Shown one piece after another: positions 38,688 through 48,003 of a stretch of 64,000 nucleotides of DNA; the stretch's first letter is position 1; each line of letters starts with the position of its first letter. Source of the stretch: an uncultured Lachnospiraceae bacterium. GTDB lineage: Bacteria; Bacillota; Clostridia; Lachnospirales; Lachnospiraceae. The stretch covers positions 17,468 through 81,467 of the forward strand of contig CAMNSZ010000011.1 of assembly GCA_946557105.1 (NCBI GenBank). The letters run 5' to 3'. The notes beneath the pieces were generated by a model. It made no database searches, was not told the DNA's origin, and saw nothing but the letters and a program-made list of their open reading frames with translations. The position numbers and the translations under genes are program-made.

Positions 38688-39443
38688 ATGAAAAGTACCG
38701 ATGAGATAAGAAAACTGTTTCAGGCAGCTTGTGAAGATGAGCTGCCTGAATTAATAAATATTTACGCAAAAGACGACAGAATCGGCGTCCGGAAGCTTGC
38801 GGAGAGCGCGGAGAAAAAGGTGCGGGCGCTTGAAAAGGAGAGGCAGCGAATAGAAGGACTTAAGCGATACGAGAGGGAATATGCCGGTTATGAGTATATT
38901 TGCGGTATTGACGAGGCAGGAAGAGGTCCTTTGGCGGGCCCGGTCGTGGCAGGCGCCGTAATTTTACCAAGAGATTGTGATATCTTATATATTAATGATT
39001 CCAAGAAGCTCTCCGAAAAAAAGAGAGAGGAGCTTTATGATGTTATTATGGGAAAGGCGGTTGCATGCGCAGTGGGGTATGCGGCGCCGGAGCGTATAGA
39101 TGAAATAAACATTCTTCAGGCGACCTATGAGGCGATGAGACAGGCTGTGTGTAAGCTCACGCCTATGCCGGATATTCTTTTGAATGATGCGGTTACCATA
39201 CCGGAGATATCAATCAGACAGGTGCCCATTATTAAAGGAGACGCCAAAAGCATTTCTATCGGGGCGGCAAGTATAATAGCAAAGGTAACCAGAGACAGGC
39301 TGATGGCGGAATATGATAAGGTATTTCCGGAATATGATTTTGCGGGAAATAAGGGCTATGGCAGCGCCGCTCATATAGAGGCATTAAAAAAATACGGTCC
39401 GACTCCCATTCATAGAAGAAGCTTTATCAAGAATTTTATATAG
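38688..39443 (+). CDS. rnhB: Ribonuclease HII
   Basis: GIDEAGRGPLAGPV, NDSKKL, DEINILQAT, GDAKS, ASIIAKVTRD, KGYG, HRRSF. Confidence 0.97.
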   Translation: MKSTDEIRKLFQAACEDELPELINIYAKDDRIGVRKLAESAEKKVRALEKERQRIEGLKRYEREYAGYEYICGIDEAGRGPLAGPVVAGAVILPRDCDILYINDSKKLSEKKREELYDVIMGKAVACAVGYAAPERIDEINILQATYEAMRQAVCKLTPMPDILLNDAVTIPEISIRQVPIIKGDAKSISIGAASIIAKVTRDRLMAEYDKVFPEYDFAGNKGYGSAAHIEALKKYGPTPIHRRSFIKNFI

Positions 39444-39530
39444 ACGCAGGCTTTTTGTCCGAACGGCATATGCGGGCTTAGGCCATGGCAGAAAATAAAT
39501 GCCTGCTAAAGCAGGCGGAAGGGTGAGGCG

Positions 39531-41372
39531 ATGAAGCTGACAGAGTTTTTCGGTAATAGTAAGCAGGTGGAGAATACGGGAAAAGCGCAGACATATCCTG
39601 CCCATAATACTGCGTCGATGGGGCGTCAGATTAAAGCTTTGGCACCCGGTCAGACCATTCAGGGAGAGATTGTATCAAGAAACGGCAGCGAGGTGCAGAT
39701 AAAGCTGGCGGATGATATGGTTCTGAATGCGAAGCTAGACCAGAATATGAATCTGGAAGTGGGAAAAAACATGTCCTTTGAGGTAAAGAACAACGGAAGA
39801 GTACTTACTTTAAGTCCGTTGTTTGCCAATGTGGCAACGGACGCCAATGCGTTAAAGGCGTTAGATATGGCGTCACTTCCCGTCAATGACGGCACATTAT
39901 CCATGACAAAGCTGATGATGGATGCGGGACTGTCCATTGACAAAAATTCTTTGCAGCAGGTGTACAGAGAGATGAATATATTTTCAAGTGCGGATATATC
40001 GGACATTGTGGATTTGCATAAGCTTGGAATAACCGTAAACGAGGGAAATGTCAACCAGATTGGCGCCTATAAAAATCTTACCCATCAACTGACAAACGGA
40101 ATGAACCAGATACTTGAGGCGCTTCCCGACACTTTTGAAGGAATGCTTTTGGCGGGAAATATCAGGGAGGCGGCAGGACTTTATCAGGAGCTGCTTGCAC
40201 TGGTGGAGAGTGAATATACACAAGAGGCAGCCGTATCGGAGAGCATGGCGCAGGAAGGAATGGTTCCGGAGGGTATGCAAAACAGCGGGCAAGAGGCAGC
40301 CGTTACTGGCGCAGCGCAGGGGGAGCAGGGAAACGCTGTCGTATCGTCTTTGGGAGAGCAGCTTTTTTTGCAGGCTGAAGGCGGTGAAACACAGGGGGAG
40401 TATGCCGTGAACGGTCCGACACAGGAGGAGCATGCCGCAAACGGTGAACATCAGGGGATGCCGGAGATAAACGGGTCGGTCGAGGACAATCAGACGGGCG
40501 GAACTCTTTTGCAGGACATTTTTATGAAAGAGGCGGTTTCACAGACAAGGGAGCTTGCCGATTTCCTTAGAGGAAATGTTTTGGAGGGAATGACTTTAGG
40601 CGCCGGAGAGCAGGAGCTCTTGGAACAGATAAATCTGATGTCTCAGGGTAAGATGGATATCAGGGAGCAATGTGCCCTGATAAACAGACTGATTGCAAAA
40701 GCCGTAAATGCAGGGAATACAGAGCTTGTGCGCGGACTGCTCCAAGGAAAGGAGCTGCAGCAGTTTTTGGGGAATAATTTACAGAGACTTTGGACTATTA
40801 CACCCGAGGAAGTTGCGGATGCAAAGCAGGTAGGCGAGCTGTATCAAAGGCTAGACAGGCAGCTTAAGGGGCTTACAAGAGTGTTGGAAAGTGTTGGTCA
40901 GTCTGCATCCACCGCGTATCAGGCTGCTGCGGGCATGAGCCAGAACATTGATTTCTTACAGCAGTTTAACCAAATGTATACCTATGTCCAGCTTCCCTTG
41001 AGATTAAAGCAGGGAGAGGCGCATGGGGATTTATATGTGTATACAAATAAAAAGAATCTGGCGCAGAAGGACGGACAGATTAGCGCCCTTCTTCATTTGG
41101 ATATGGAGTATTTAGGTCCGGTGGATGTTTATGTGGCAATGCAGCCGGAGAAAGTGAGCACTAAATTTTATGTATGTGACGAAGAGATGTTGGATTTTAT
41201 AGAGGAACATATGGATTTGCTGACTAAAAGGCTTGCAAAGCGAGGTTACAGCTGTAGTACGGAAACGCAGGTACGAAACAACGGCGAGAGTGTAAAGAGT
41301 GGTATAAATCCTGTTCTTATGCAGGAGAATCATGCGCCGTTAGCACATTATGCTTTTGACGTGAGAGCATAG
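39531..41372 (+). CDS. FliK-like (flagellar hook-length control C-terminal domain) protein, YlqG-like
   Basis: C-terminal LHLDMEYLGPVDV...L.KRLAKRGY pattern, low-complexity E/Q/G middle region, and position between rnhB and a FlhB-tail gene. Confidence 0.75.
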   Translation: MKLTEFFGNSKQVENTGKAQTYPAHNTASMGRQIKALAPGQTIQGEIVSRNGSEVQIKLADDMVLNAKLDQNMNLEVGKNMSFEVKNNGRVLTLSPLFANVATDANALKALDMASLPVNDGTLSMTKLMMDAGLSIDKNSLQQVYREMNIFSSADISDIVDLHKLGITVNEGNVNQIGAYKNLTHQLTNGMNQILEALPDTFEGMLLAGNIREAAGLYQELLALVESEYTQEAAVSESMAQEGMVPEGMQNSGQEAAVTGAAQGEQGNAVVSSLGEQLFLQAEGGETQGEYAVNGPTQEEHAANGEHQGMPEINGSVEDNQTGGTLLQDIFMKEAVSQTRELADFLRGNVLEGMTLGAGEQELLEQINLMSQGKMDIREQCALINRLIAKAVNAGNTELVRGLLQGKELQQFLGNNLQRLWTITPEEVADAKQVGELYQRLDRQLKGLTRVLESVGQSASTAYQAAAGMSQNIDFLQQFNQMYTYVQLPLRLKQGEAHGDLYVYTNKKNLAQKDGQISALLHLDMEYLGPVDVYVAMQPEKVSTKFYVCDEEMLDFIEEHMDLLTKRLAKRGYSCSTETQVRNNGESVKSGINPVLMQENHAPLAHYAFDVRA

Positions 41373-41384
41373 GGAGAGGAAACT

Positions 41385-41672
41385 ATGGCAGAGGAAAAAA
41401 AGAAGGTAAAACAGGCTATAGCTCTGGAATATAATCCATCGGAGGACGCGCCGAAGGTAATTGCAAGCGGAAGGGGAATTTTGGCGGAAAAAATTATCGA
41501 GAGGGCAAAGGAAAGTGACGTTCCCATCCATAGAGACGACAAGCTTGCGGATACATTGTCGCGTCTCGATATAGGGGAGTCGATACCGCCTGAGCTTTAC
41601 GAGGTGGTTGCAGAGATACTTATCTTTGTGGATTCCATGGATAAGCTCAAGAGTAAGGTGAATAAAAAATAG
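41385..41672 (+). CDS. Stand-alone FlhB C-terminal-domain protein (YlqH/FlhX-like)
   Basis: AIALEY...APKVIASGRG.LAEKII..A....VPI...LA..L...IP.ELYEVVAEIL; no TM domain and no NPTH. Confidence 0.9.
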   Translation: MAEEKKKVKQAIALEYNPSEDAPKVIASGRGILAEKIIERAKESDVPIHRDDKLADTLSRLDIGESIPPELYEVVAEILIFVDSMDKLKSKVNKK

Positions 41673-41722
41673 AGAATAAGACGGGGCACAGACGGTCATA
41701 AAGAATACAGAAAGGGTAATAT

Positions 41723-42082
41723 TTGAATAACAGAAGGACAGGAGAGTACAGGGAGGGGCAGGCAGCGGAGTATCTGAGCGCACAGGGCATGAAAATTGTG
41801 GAGCGCAATTTTCGCAATAGACAGGGAGAGATAGACATTATCGGTTATCATGGGGGATATTTGGTGTTTGTGGAGGTAAAATACAGAAAAGATGATAAAA
41901 AAGGCGGCGCATTGTATGCAGTGAATCGTCGCAAGCAATGTCAGATATGTAAGGTAGCAGATTATTACAGATGCCTGCACAGGCTGAGCGACAATACCCC
42001 GTTGCGTTATGACGTGGTGGCGATACAGGGCGGGGAACTTAGATGGCTCCAAAATGCTTTCGGTCATATATATACAAGATAA
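41723..42082 (+). CDS. YraN/UPF0102 family putative endonuclease
   Basis: G...E..AAEYL, ERNFR...GEIDII, FVEVK, RYDVVAI; TTG start. Confidence 0.92.
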   Translation: MNNRRTGEYREGQAAEYLSAQGMKIVERNFRNRQGEIDIIGYHGGYLVFVEVKYRKDDKKGGALYAVNRRKQCQICKVADYYRCLHRLSDNTPLRYDVVAIQGGELRWLQNAFGHIYTR

Positions 42083-42135
42083 CGGGTAAAGAGGCAGAAG
42101 ACGGAAGCAAAAAGGGTATAGGTATGGAGGAGTAA

Positions 42136-43050
42136 ATGGAAATAAATCGTATAAAGCGGGGGAAAGACATTGTTTTAAGAGAAAATATGACGAGCGGACT
42201 GACTTATCTGACTTTTCCGGCGCTTGAGGAATGCGGACTTGTGGAGCATTTGTTTACTACAAGGCTGGGCGGCGTGAGCGAAGGGATTTATGCAACCATG
42301 AATCTTAGCTTTAGCCGGGGAGACAGAAAAGAGCACGTAACGGAAAATTACAGACGGGTGGCTGCAGTGCTTGGCTGTAGTACGGAAGATATGGTTGCCA
42401 CACGACAGACACATACCACGAATATTCGGATAGTGACCCGACAGGACAGGGGGAAGGGTGTAGTCCGGCATACAGATTATGAGGATATTGACGGACTTGT
42501 CACCAATGAACCGGGAATTGCGCTTGCCGCATTTTACGCAGATTGCGTGCCCCTGTATTTTGTTGACACAGGGAATAGGGCAATCGGACTGGCACATTCA
42601 GGGTGGCGGGGAACCGCACGACAGATGGGGGCGTGTATGGTGGATATGATGAGGAGGGAATACCGGACGGAGCCGGAAAAGCTTATTGCCGCCATTGGTC
42701 CCTCCATTTGCCAAGAATGCTATGAAGTGGACGATACGGTTGCGGGGGAATTTACAAATATGCTGAGGGGAAGCGAAGAAATTCTGGAGGAAATCCGGGA
42801 AAGAGGTGCTTACTTCCCTTTGGGGGCGCCTCAGAAGCAGGTGGTGGAGCCCGCAAGTAAGAAGGGGAAGTATCAGCTGGATTTGTGGCTTGCTAATCTG
42901 GTAATATTGAGAAGAGCGGGTATCCCTCTTTCAAATATATGGGTGACGGATTTATGTACCTGCCACAATCCCGATTATTTGTTTTCGCACAGGGCAAGTC
43001 AGGGGAGACGCGGAAACTTAGGTGCTTTTTTGATGTTAAAAAATATTTAA
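42136..43050 (+). CDS. pgeF: Peptidoglycan editing factor PgeF / YfiH-family purine nucleoside phosphorylase
   Basis: FTTRLGGVS, QTHT, DGLVT, ADCVP, HSGWRG, IGPSICQECYEV, CT...FSHR. Confidence 0.93.
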   Translation: MEINRIKRGKDIVLRENMTSGLTYLTFPALEECGLVEHLFTTRLGGVSEGIYATMNLSFSRGDRKEHVTENYRRVAAVLGCSTEDMVATRQTHTTNIRIVTRQDRGKGVVRHTDYEDIDGLVTNEPGIALAAFYADCVPLYFVDTGNRAIGLAHSGWRGTARQMGACMVDMMRREYRTEPEKLIAAIGPSICQECYEVDDTVAGEFTNMLRGSEEILEEIRERGAYFPLGAPQKQVVEPASKKGKYQLDLWLANLVILRRAGIPLSNIWVTDLCTCHNPDYLFSHRASQGRRGNLGAFLMLKNI

Positions 43051-43171
43051 TAATTTTCATAAGGAACATTTAACATTTTTTTGTTTAACTATAAAAGTCA
43101 AAAGAATGATATGGGAACGTTTTGTATAGGATTGGAAGATCCGGGCAGTTTGGAAAGGGAAGGATAAGATA

Positions 43172-43864
43172 ATGACGAATATTCTGGTGTGTGATGACGA
43201 CAAGGAGATTGTGGACGCGATAGAGATATATTTGAGTCAGGACGGATATAAGATTTATAAGGCATATAACGGTGAACAGGCGATAGAGACTTTGGAGAGG
43301 GAGGATATCCACCTGCTTATTATGGACATTATGATGCCAAAGCTTGACGGTATCAGGGCAACCTTAAAAATCAGAGAAAAAAGCAGCATACCCATTATTA
43401 TCCTGTCTGCAAAATCTGAGGATGCGGACAAGATACTGGGTCTTAATATCGGTGCAGACGATTATATTACCAAGCCCTTTAACCCGCTTGAGCTTGTGGC
43501 GAGGGTTAAGTCCAATCTCCGCCGTTATACCTCATTGGGAAGTCTTAATGCGGAGAATAAAGCGCTGTATCAGGTAGGAGGGCTTGTAATCAATGACGAT
43601 ACCAAGCAGGTCAGTGTGGACGGAGAGACGGTAAAGATGACGCCTATAGAATACAATATTCTGCTTTTACTTGTGAAAAATCAAGGCAGGGTGTTTTCTA
43701 TTAATCAGATTTACGAAAGTATCTGGAACGAGGACGCAATCGGTGCGGATAATACTGTTGCCGTTCATATAAGGCATATACGCGAGAAAATTGAAATCAA
43801 TCCGAAGGAGCCACGTTATTTAAAAGTAGTTTGGGGCGTAGGTTATAAAATAGACAAGCAGTAG
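43172..43864 (+). CDS. OmpR/PhoB family response regulator
   Basis: LVCDDD, DIMMP, LSAK, GADDYITKPF, and winged helix TVAVHIRHIREKIE...VWGVGY. Confidence 0.97.
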   Translation: MTNILVCDDDKEIVDAIEIYLSQDGYKIYKAYNGEQAIETLEREDIHLLIMDIMMPKLDGIRATLKIREKSSIPIIILSAKSEDADKILGLNIGADDYITKPFNPLELVARVKSNLRRYTSLGSLNAENKALYQVGGLVINDDTKQVSVDGETVKMTPIEYNILLLLVKNQGRVFSINQIYESIWNEDAIGADNTVAVHIRHIREKIEINPKEPRYLKVVWGVGYKIDKQ

Positions 43865-43937
43865 GATAAAAAACGTGCCGCCGCGGACGGCAGGATTTAA
43901 AAGGTAAAAGAGTTAAAAACATTGAACGGAGGGGTTT

Positions 43938-46643
43938 ATGGGAAAACCGACTTTAAAGCGTCTGGGGCTTGGAATTATACAGCAAATGCTGGCGGCATTT
44001 ATTTCGATAGCGATTGCCGGAGTGCTTTTTAATTCTTACTTGTCAGTTAATTCCATGCAGGGAACCAAAACTTACTTTTTGGAGCCGTTGAGCACAGAGC
44101 CGGAGTTTGAGGATTCCGATCTGTTCCGGGATATTTTTCAGACTGCAGTTTCCGATGTAATGCGATTGGTGGTAATAAAGGAACAGGTTGAGACTAACGG
44201 AGAATTTGACTCCCATAAGAAAATAGATGTAACGAAGTTTGCCAATCGTAAGGGAACGGGTAACGGGTGCTCCGTTACTGCAGTGTACGAGCTTGAGGAT
44301 TTGATAAAATGGGGTAAATACGGCGTTGAATATACCAACAGAGTAATGAGTATGTCACAATTTATCAATTATTTCGGTCCTGCGACGGCACCCGGTAATT
44401 TTGCCCTGAATGAGGACGGACAGCTGTATTTTGCAGGCTTCTTCAGCGAAGGAGAGGATACCGTATATAATTTGCCGATGGAAAAGGGCAGAGAGGCTCT
44501 CACAGACGTTGAGGAGGCAATGCTTGTCTGTTCGACGGAACAGCTTGAAGACATGGCCTTTTCCTATATTATGGCAAAAAATCTTGATGAAATCCGTGTG
44601 TCAAGAGAAGATGACGGTAGTCTTACGGTATATGTCCGTATGCTTAATTGTAGATATGAAACGGACGACGGCGAGAGGCAGCTGACTTCCCATGCCGGTA
44701 ATTGGATAGATTATGTCAGACTCCAACAGAATGTGGCAGAATCAATAATCACTTTGACGGAAAATTATCAGCAATATCAGAATTGTCATGAGCTCTATGA
44801 GGAGGGCGAGGGTAATCTGAAATATGTTGTGCGCATGATGACAAAGGAAGGAATGCGCACTTATACCAATGTTCCCGAGCTTGAGGGGATAGAGGAAAGT
44901 GAAATTACCGATTACTTTGGTGAGTTTCGCAGATATTTGATTTATTATCCCGACAGTCTGGTCTTTATGGGAAACACCAGTCTTACGGAGTCGGATATTT
45001 ATGCTTATCTTAGCGAATATGAATATGCATATCCGGACACCTCCCATATTTGGATTGGAGTTGACACAAGTTATTCCGTGACGGGGGACGCCTTTTATCA
45101 TGCCAATAGTATTTTTCAGAAAATAGTGCCAAACATTGGCCTGATATTAAGTATTATAGTTATTTTGGCAGTGCTGTGGCTTGGAATCGGAGTATATCTC
45201 ACACTGACTGCTGGAACGGCATATAACGAGGAGGGTGAAGAAATCCCTTATCTGAGCGGAATAGACCATGTCTGGACGGAGCTTATGCTTTTGCTCGCGG
45301 TCGGACTTGCGTATGCGGCGTTTTATATATCGAGATGGCTGCTTGCCGTGGCGGACCTTGTCTATTTAAATTATGCAGATGCCTCCGGTTCGGAAGTGAG
45401 CAGAATATATGAGTATGGACTGTTCGGAATATACGGCTTTCTTATAAGTATGTTTTTTAATTTAGTGTGGTATAGCTTTGTGAGGCGTTTGAAATGCCGC
45501 ACGCTGTGGAGAGACAGTTTTCTTCATTGGCTTCTTGTGTCTTTAGGTAAAGTGGTTAATTTTGTCTTTAGGCATAAGAATATGATGGTGAGCACAATGA
45601 TTCCTTATAACCTTTTCCTTTTGGTGAATGTGGCGGGGATTTTTACCGTTATTGAAATTCAAAAGAGAGAACCGCTTCTTATACTGGTAGTCATAGGGCT
45701 TGTGTTGTTTGACGGTCTTATAGGAATGATTTTGTTTAAAAAGAATGCGGAGCAGGTGGATATAGTGGAGGGGATTAAGAGAATCCGCGACGGAGAGGTG
45801 GATTATAAGCTGGAGTGTGAAAGTCTTCACGGAGCTAACAGAGAGATGGCGGATGCGGTAAACAATATTGGGGAAGGTATCCGAAATGCCGTGAGGACCA
45901 GTATGAAGGACGAGCAGATGAAAACGGATCTTATCACCAATGTATCCCATGATATTAAGACGCCGCTTACCTCTATCATAAATTATGTGGATTTATTGAA
46001 GCGTCTTCGTATGGAAGACGAGCCGGCAAAGAGCTATATTGATATTTTGGATAACAAGGCGCAGCGGTTAAAGCAGCTGACGGACGATCTGGTGGAGGCT
46101 TCAAAGATTTCATCGGGAAATATAGAGCTCAAAAAGGAAAAGATTAATCTGGCAGAGCTGTTAAACCAGACTGTGGGCGAGATGGCGGATAAGCTGGAGG
46201 AACAGGGGCTGCAGGTGGTTTTTGAGGGCGGGGATTTGGAGGCGTATATTTTTGCCGACAGCCGCAGAATGTGGCGGGTCATTGAGAACCTGTTTAATAA
46301 TATCTGCAAATATGCGCTGGAAAATACCAGAGTTTATGTGGACTTGTCAATGGATGATACAAAGGTGGAGGCCGCAATAAAAAATATTTCCAAAAGGCAG
46401 ATGAACGTGCGGGGAGACGAACTGACGGAACGGTTTATCAGAGGGGATTCGGCCAGGACAACAGAGGGCAGCGGTTTAGGATTGTATATTGCCAAGAGTC
46501 TGACGCAGGTGCAGGGAGGAAGCTTTTCCATCCATTTGGACGGAGATTTGTTTAAGGTGGTATTAAGCTTTGAGCAATATGCGGGAGAGGAAAACCTTCA
46601 ATTGGAGAATGCGGGAACTAAACAGGAAAAAGAAGGGCTGTGA
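43938..46643 (+). CDS. Sensor histidine kinase with a very large extracytoplasmic domain
   Basis: TM helix, about 360-aa acidic domain, several TM helices, HAMP, SHDIKTPLTS H-box, NLFNNICKYA, FIRGD, GSGLGL. Confidence 0.95.
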   Translation: MGKPTLKRLGLGIIQQMLAAFISIAIAGVLFNSYLSVNSMQGTKTYFLEPLSTEPEFEDSDLFRDIFQTAVSDVMRLVVIKEQVETNGEFDSHKKIDVTKFANRKGTGNGCSVTAVYELEDLIKWGKYGVEYTNRVMSMSQFINYFGPATAPGNFALNEDGQLYFAGFFSEGEDTVYNLPMEKGREALTDVEEAMLVCSTEQLEDMAFSYIMAKNLDEIRVSREDDGSLTVYVRMLNCRYETDDGERQLTSHAGNWIDYVRLQQNVAESIITLTENYQQYQNCHELYEEGEGNLKYVVRMMTKEGMRTYTNVPELEGIEESEITDYFGEFRRYLIYYPDSLVFMGNTSLTESDIYAYLSEYEYAYPDTSHIWIGVDTSYSVTGDAFYHANSIFQKIVPNIGLILSIIVILAVLWLGIGVYLTLTAGTAYNEEGEEIPYLSGIDHVWTELMLLLAVGLAYAAFYISRWLLAVADLVYLNYADASGSEVSRIYEYGLFGIYGFLISMFFNLVWYSFVRRLKCRTLWRDSFLHWLLVSLGKVVNFVFRHKNMMVSTMIPYNLFLLVNVAGIFTVIEIQKREPLLILVVIGLVLFDGLIGMILFKKNAEQVDIVEGIKRIRDGEVDYKLECESLHGANREMADAVNNIGEGIRNAVRTSMKDEQMKTDLITNVSHDIKTPLTSIINYVDLLKRLRMEDEPAKSYIDILDNKAQRLKQLTDDLVEASKISSGNIELKKEKINLAELLNQTVGEMADKLEEQGLQVVFEGGDLEAYIFADSRRMWRVIENLFNNICKYALENTRVYVDLSMDDTKVEAAIKNISKRQMNVRGDELTERFIRGDSARTTEGSGLGLYIAKSLTQVQGGSFSIHLDGDLFKVVLSFEQYAGEENLQLENAGTKQEKEGL

Positions 46644-46660
46644 AACTCACAGCCCCGGCG

Positions 46661-47860
46661 TTATTCAAAATCGATCTCCATGTTGCTCCTGCTGTTATAG
46701 GCATCCAAAATACCGTGAATCTTTTCGGTGGTAGCCATAACATTGGAGAGAGAAGTGTCGTGATTCATAAAATCTATAAGAGAAGCAACAAATTTGCTCA
46801 TATCCGCTTCAATAAAATAAGGTCTGGCATAAAGCTCGGGAGGCAGATAAGTAAGGTCGGTAGTGACTACCTTGTCAAAATATCCCTGTTCATAGGCGGC
46901 GTCAAATGCCGTGAGACCTTCCGTGAAAAGACCAAAGGTGCTACAGATAAAGACTCTGCGTGCATTCATTTTCTTTAACTGTTTTGCGGTGTCAATCATA
47001 CTTCCTCCGGAAGAAATCATATCGTCAATGATTATTATGTCCTTGCCGTCTATATTGTCGCCCAAAAATTCATGTGCCACTATGGGATTCTTGCCGTTTA
47101 TGATGGTGGAGTAGTCGCGTCTCTTGTAGAACATTCCCGTATCCACACCCAAAACGCTGGCAAAATAAATAGCGCGGTCCAATGCTCCCTCGTCGGGGCT
47201 TATTACTATCAGATGCTCCTTGTCCACCAATAAGTCGTTCTCGGAGCTTAGCAGCGCTTTGATAAATTGATAAGGCGGCGTAAAATTATCGAAGCCGCTT
47301 AGAGGGGTGGAATTTTGGACTCTGGGGTCATGGGCGTCAAAGGTAATAAAGTTGCTGACCCCCATATCTCTCAGCTCTGTCAGAGCATATGCGCAGTCTA
47401 AGGATTCCCGTCCGTTTCTTTTGTGCTGTCTGCCCTCGTAAAGAAAGGGCATTATCACGTTTATACGGCGCGCTTTGCCGTTACAAGCGGCAATAACACG
47501 TTTCAAATCCTGATAATGGTCGTCGGGAGACATGTGATTGGTATAACCGTTCATACGGTATGTAATACTATGATTGCATACATCAACCAAAAGAAATAAA
47601 TCCTTGCCGCGGATGCTCTCCGCAAAAAATGCCTTTGCCTCTCCGGTTCCGAAACGGGGAACATCAAATTTGACTAAATAGTTGTTTTCAATATAGCCGT
47701 GAAAGGCAGGGTCGTTTTTGACCTTATCGTTATGAATGCTTTTGCGGAATTCTATCATGTAATCATTGATTCTGCGGCCCAATCTCTCCGCAGAGGGGAG
47801 AGCAACAATTTTTAGGGGAGCCACAGGCATGGCATTTTCCAGTTCTCGTAAGTTCGGCAT
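46661..47860 (-). CDS. prs: Ribose-phosphate pyrophosphokinase (long, divergent clostridial type)
   Basis: RFGTGEAK, MPFLYEGRQHK, SPDEG, IIDDMISSGGS PRPP loop; GGAGG RBS before ATG 47860. Confidence 0.9.
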   Translation of the reverse strand: MPNLRELENAMPVAPLKIVALPSAERLGRRINDYMIEFRKSIHNDKVKNDPAFHGYIENNYLVKFDVPRFGTGEAKAFFAESIRGKDLFLLVDVCNHSITYRMNGYTNHMSPDDHYQDLKRVIAACNGKARRINVIMPFLYEGRQHKRNGRESLDCAYALTELRDMGVSNFITFDAHDPRVQNSTPLSGFDNFTPPYQFIKALLSSENDLLVDKEHLIVISPDEGALDRAIYFASVLGVDTGMFYKRRDYSTIINGKNPIVAHEFLGDNIDGKDIIIIDDMISSGGSMIDTAKQLKKMNARRVFICSTFGLFTEGLTAFDAAYEQGYFDKVVTTDLTYLPPELYARPYFIEADMSKFVASLIDFMNHDTSLSNVMATTEKIHGILDAYNSRSNMEIDFE

Positions 47861-47901
47861 GAGCTTCCTCCAATTTGTCAAAATGGTTATATATCAATTA
47901 A

Positions 47902-47930
47902 TTTATAACATTATGCTAGTGACACGTCAA
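47902..47930 (-). promoter_or_regulatory. Sigma-A promoter for prs
   Basis: Minus strand TTGACG, 17 bp, TATAAA with the TGn extension. Confidence 0.7.
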
Positions 47931-48003
47931 GAAATTTCTTGTACAATTAATAGTTAGAAAAAACAGTCAGACAACGAAAAGCAATACGGAAATGAGGATT
48001 AGA

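Noticed and set aside
39439-39534. Sigma-28-like promoter before the FliK-like gene (TATA-N15-TCCGAACG, or TAAA-N16-GGCGATGA)
   Set aside because: The first is a weak match and the second overlaps the start codon.
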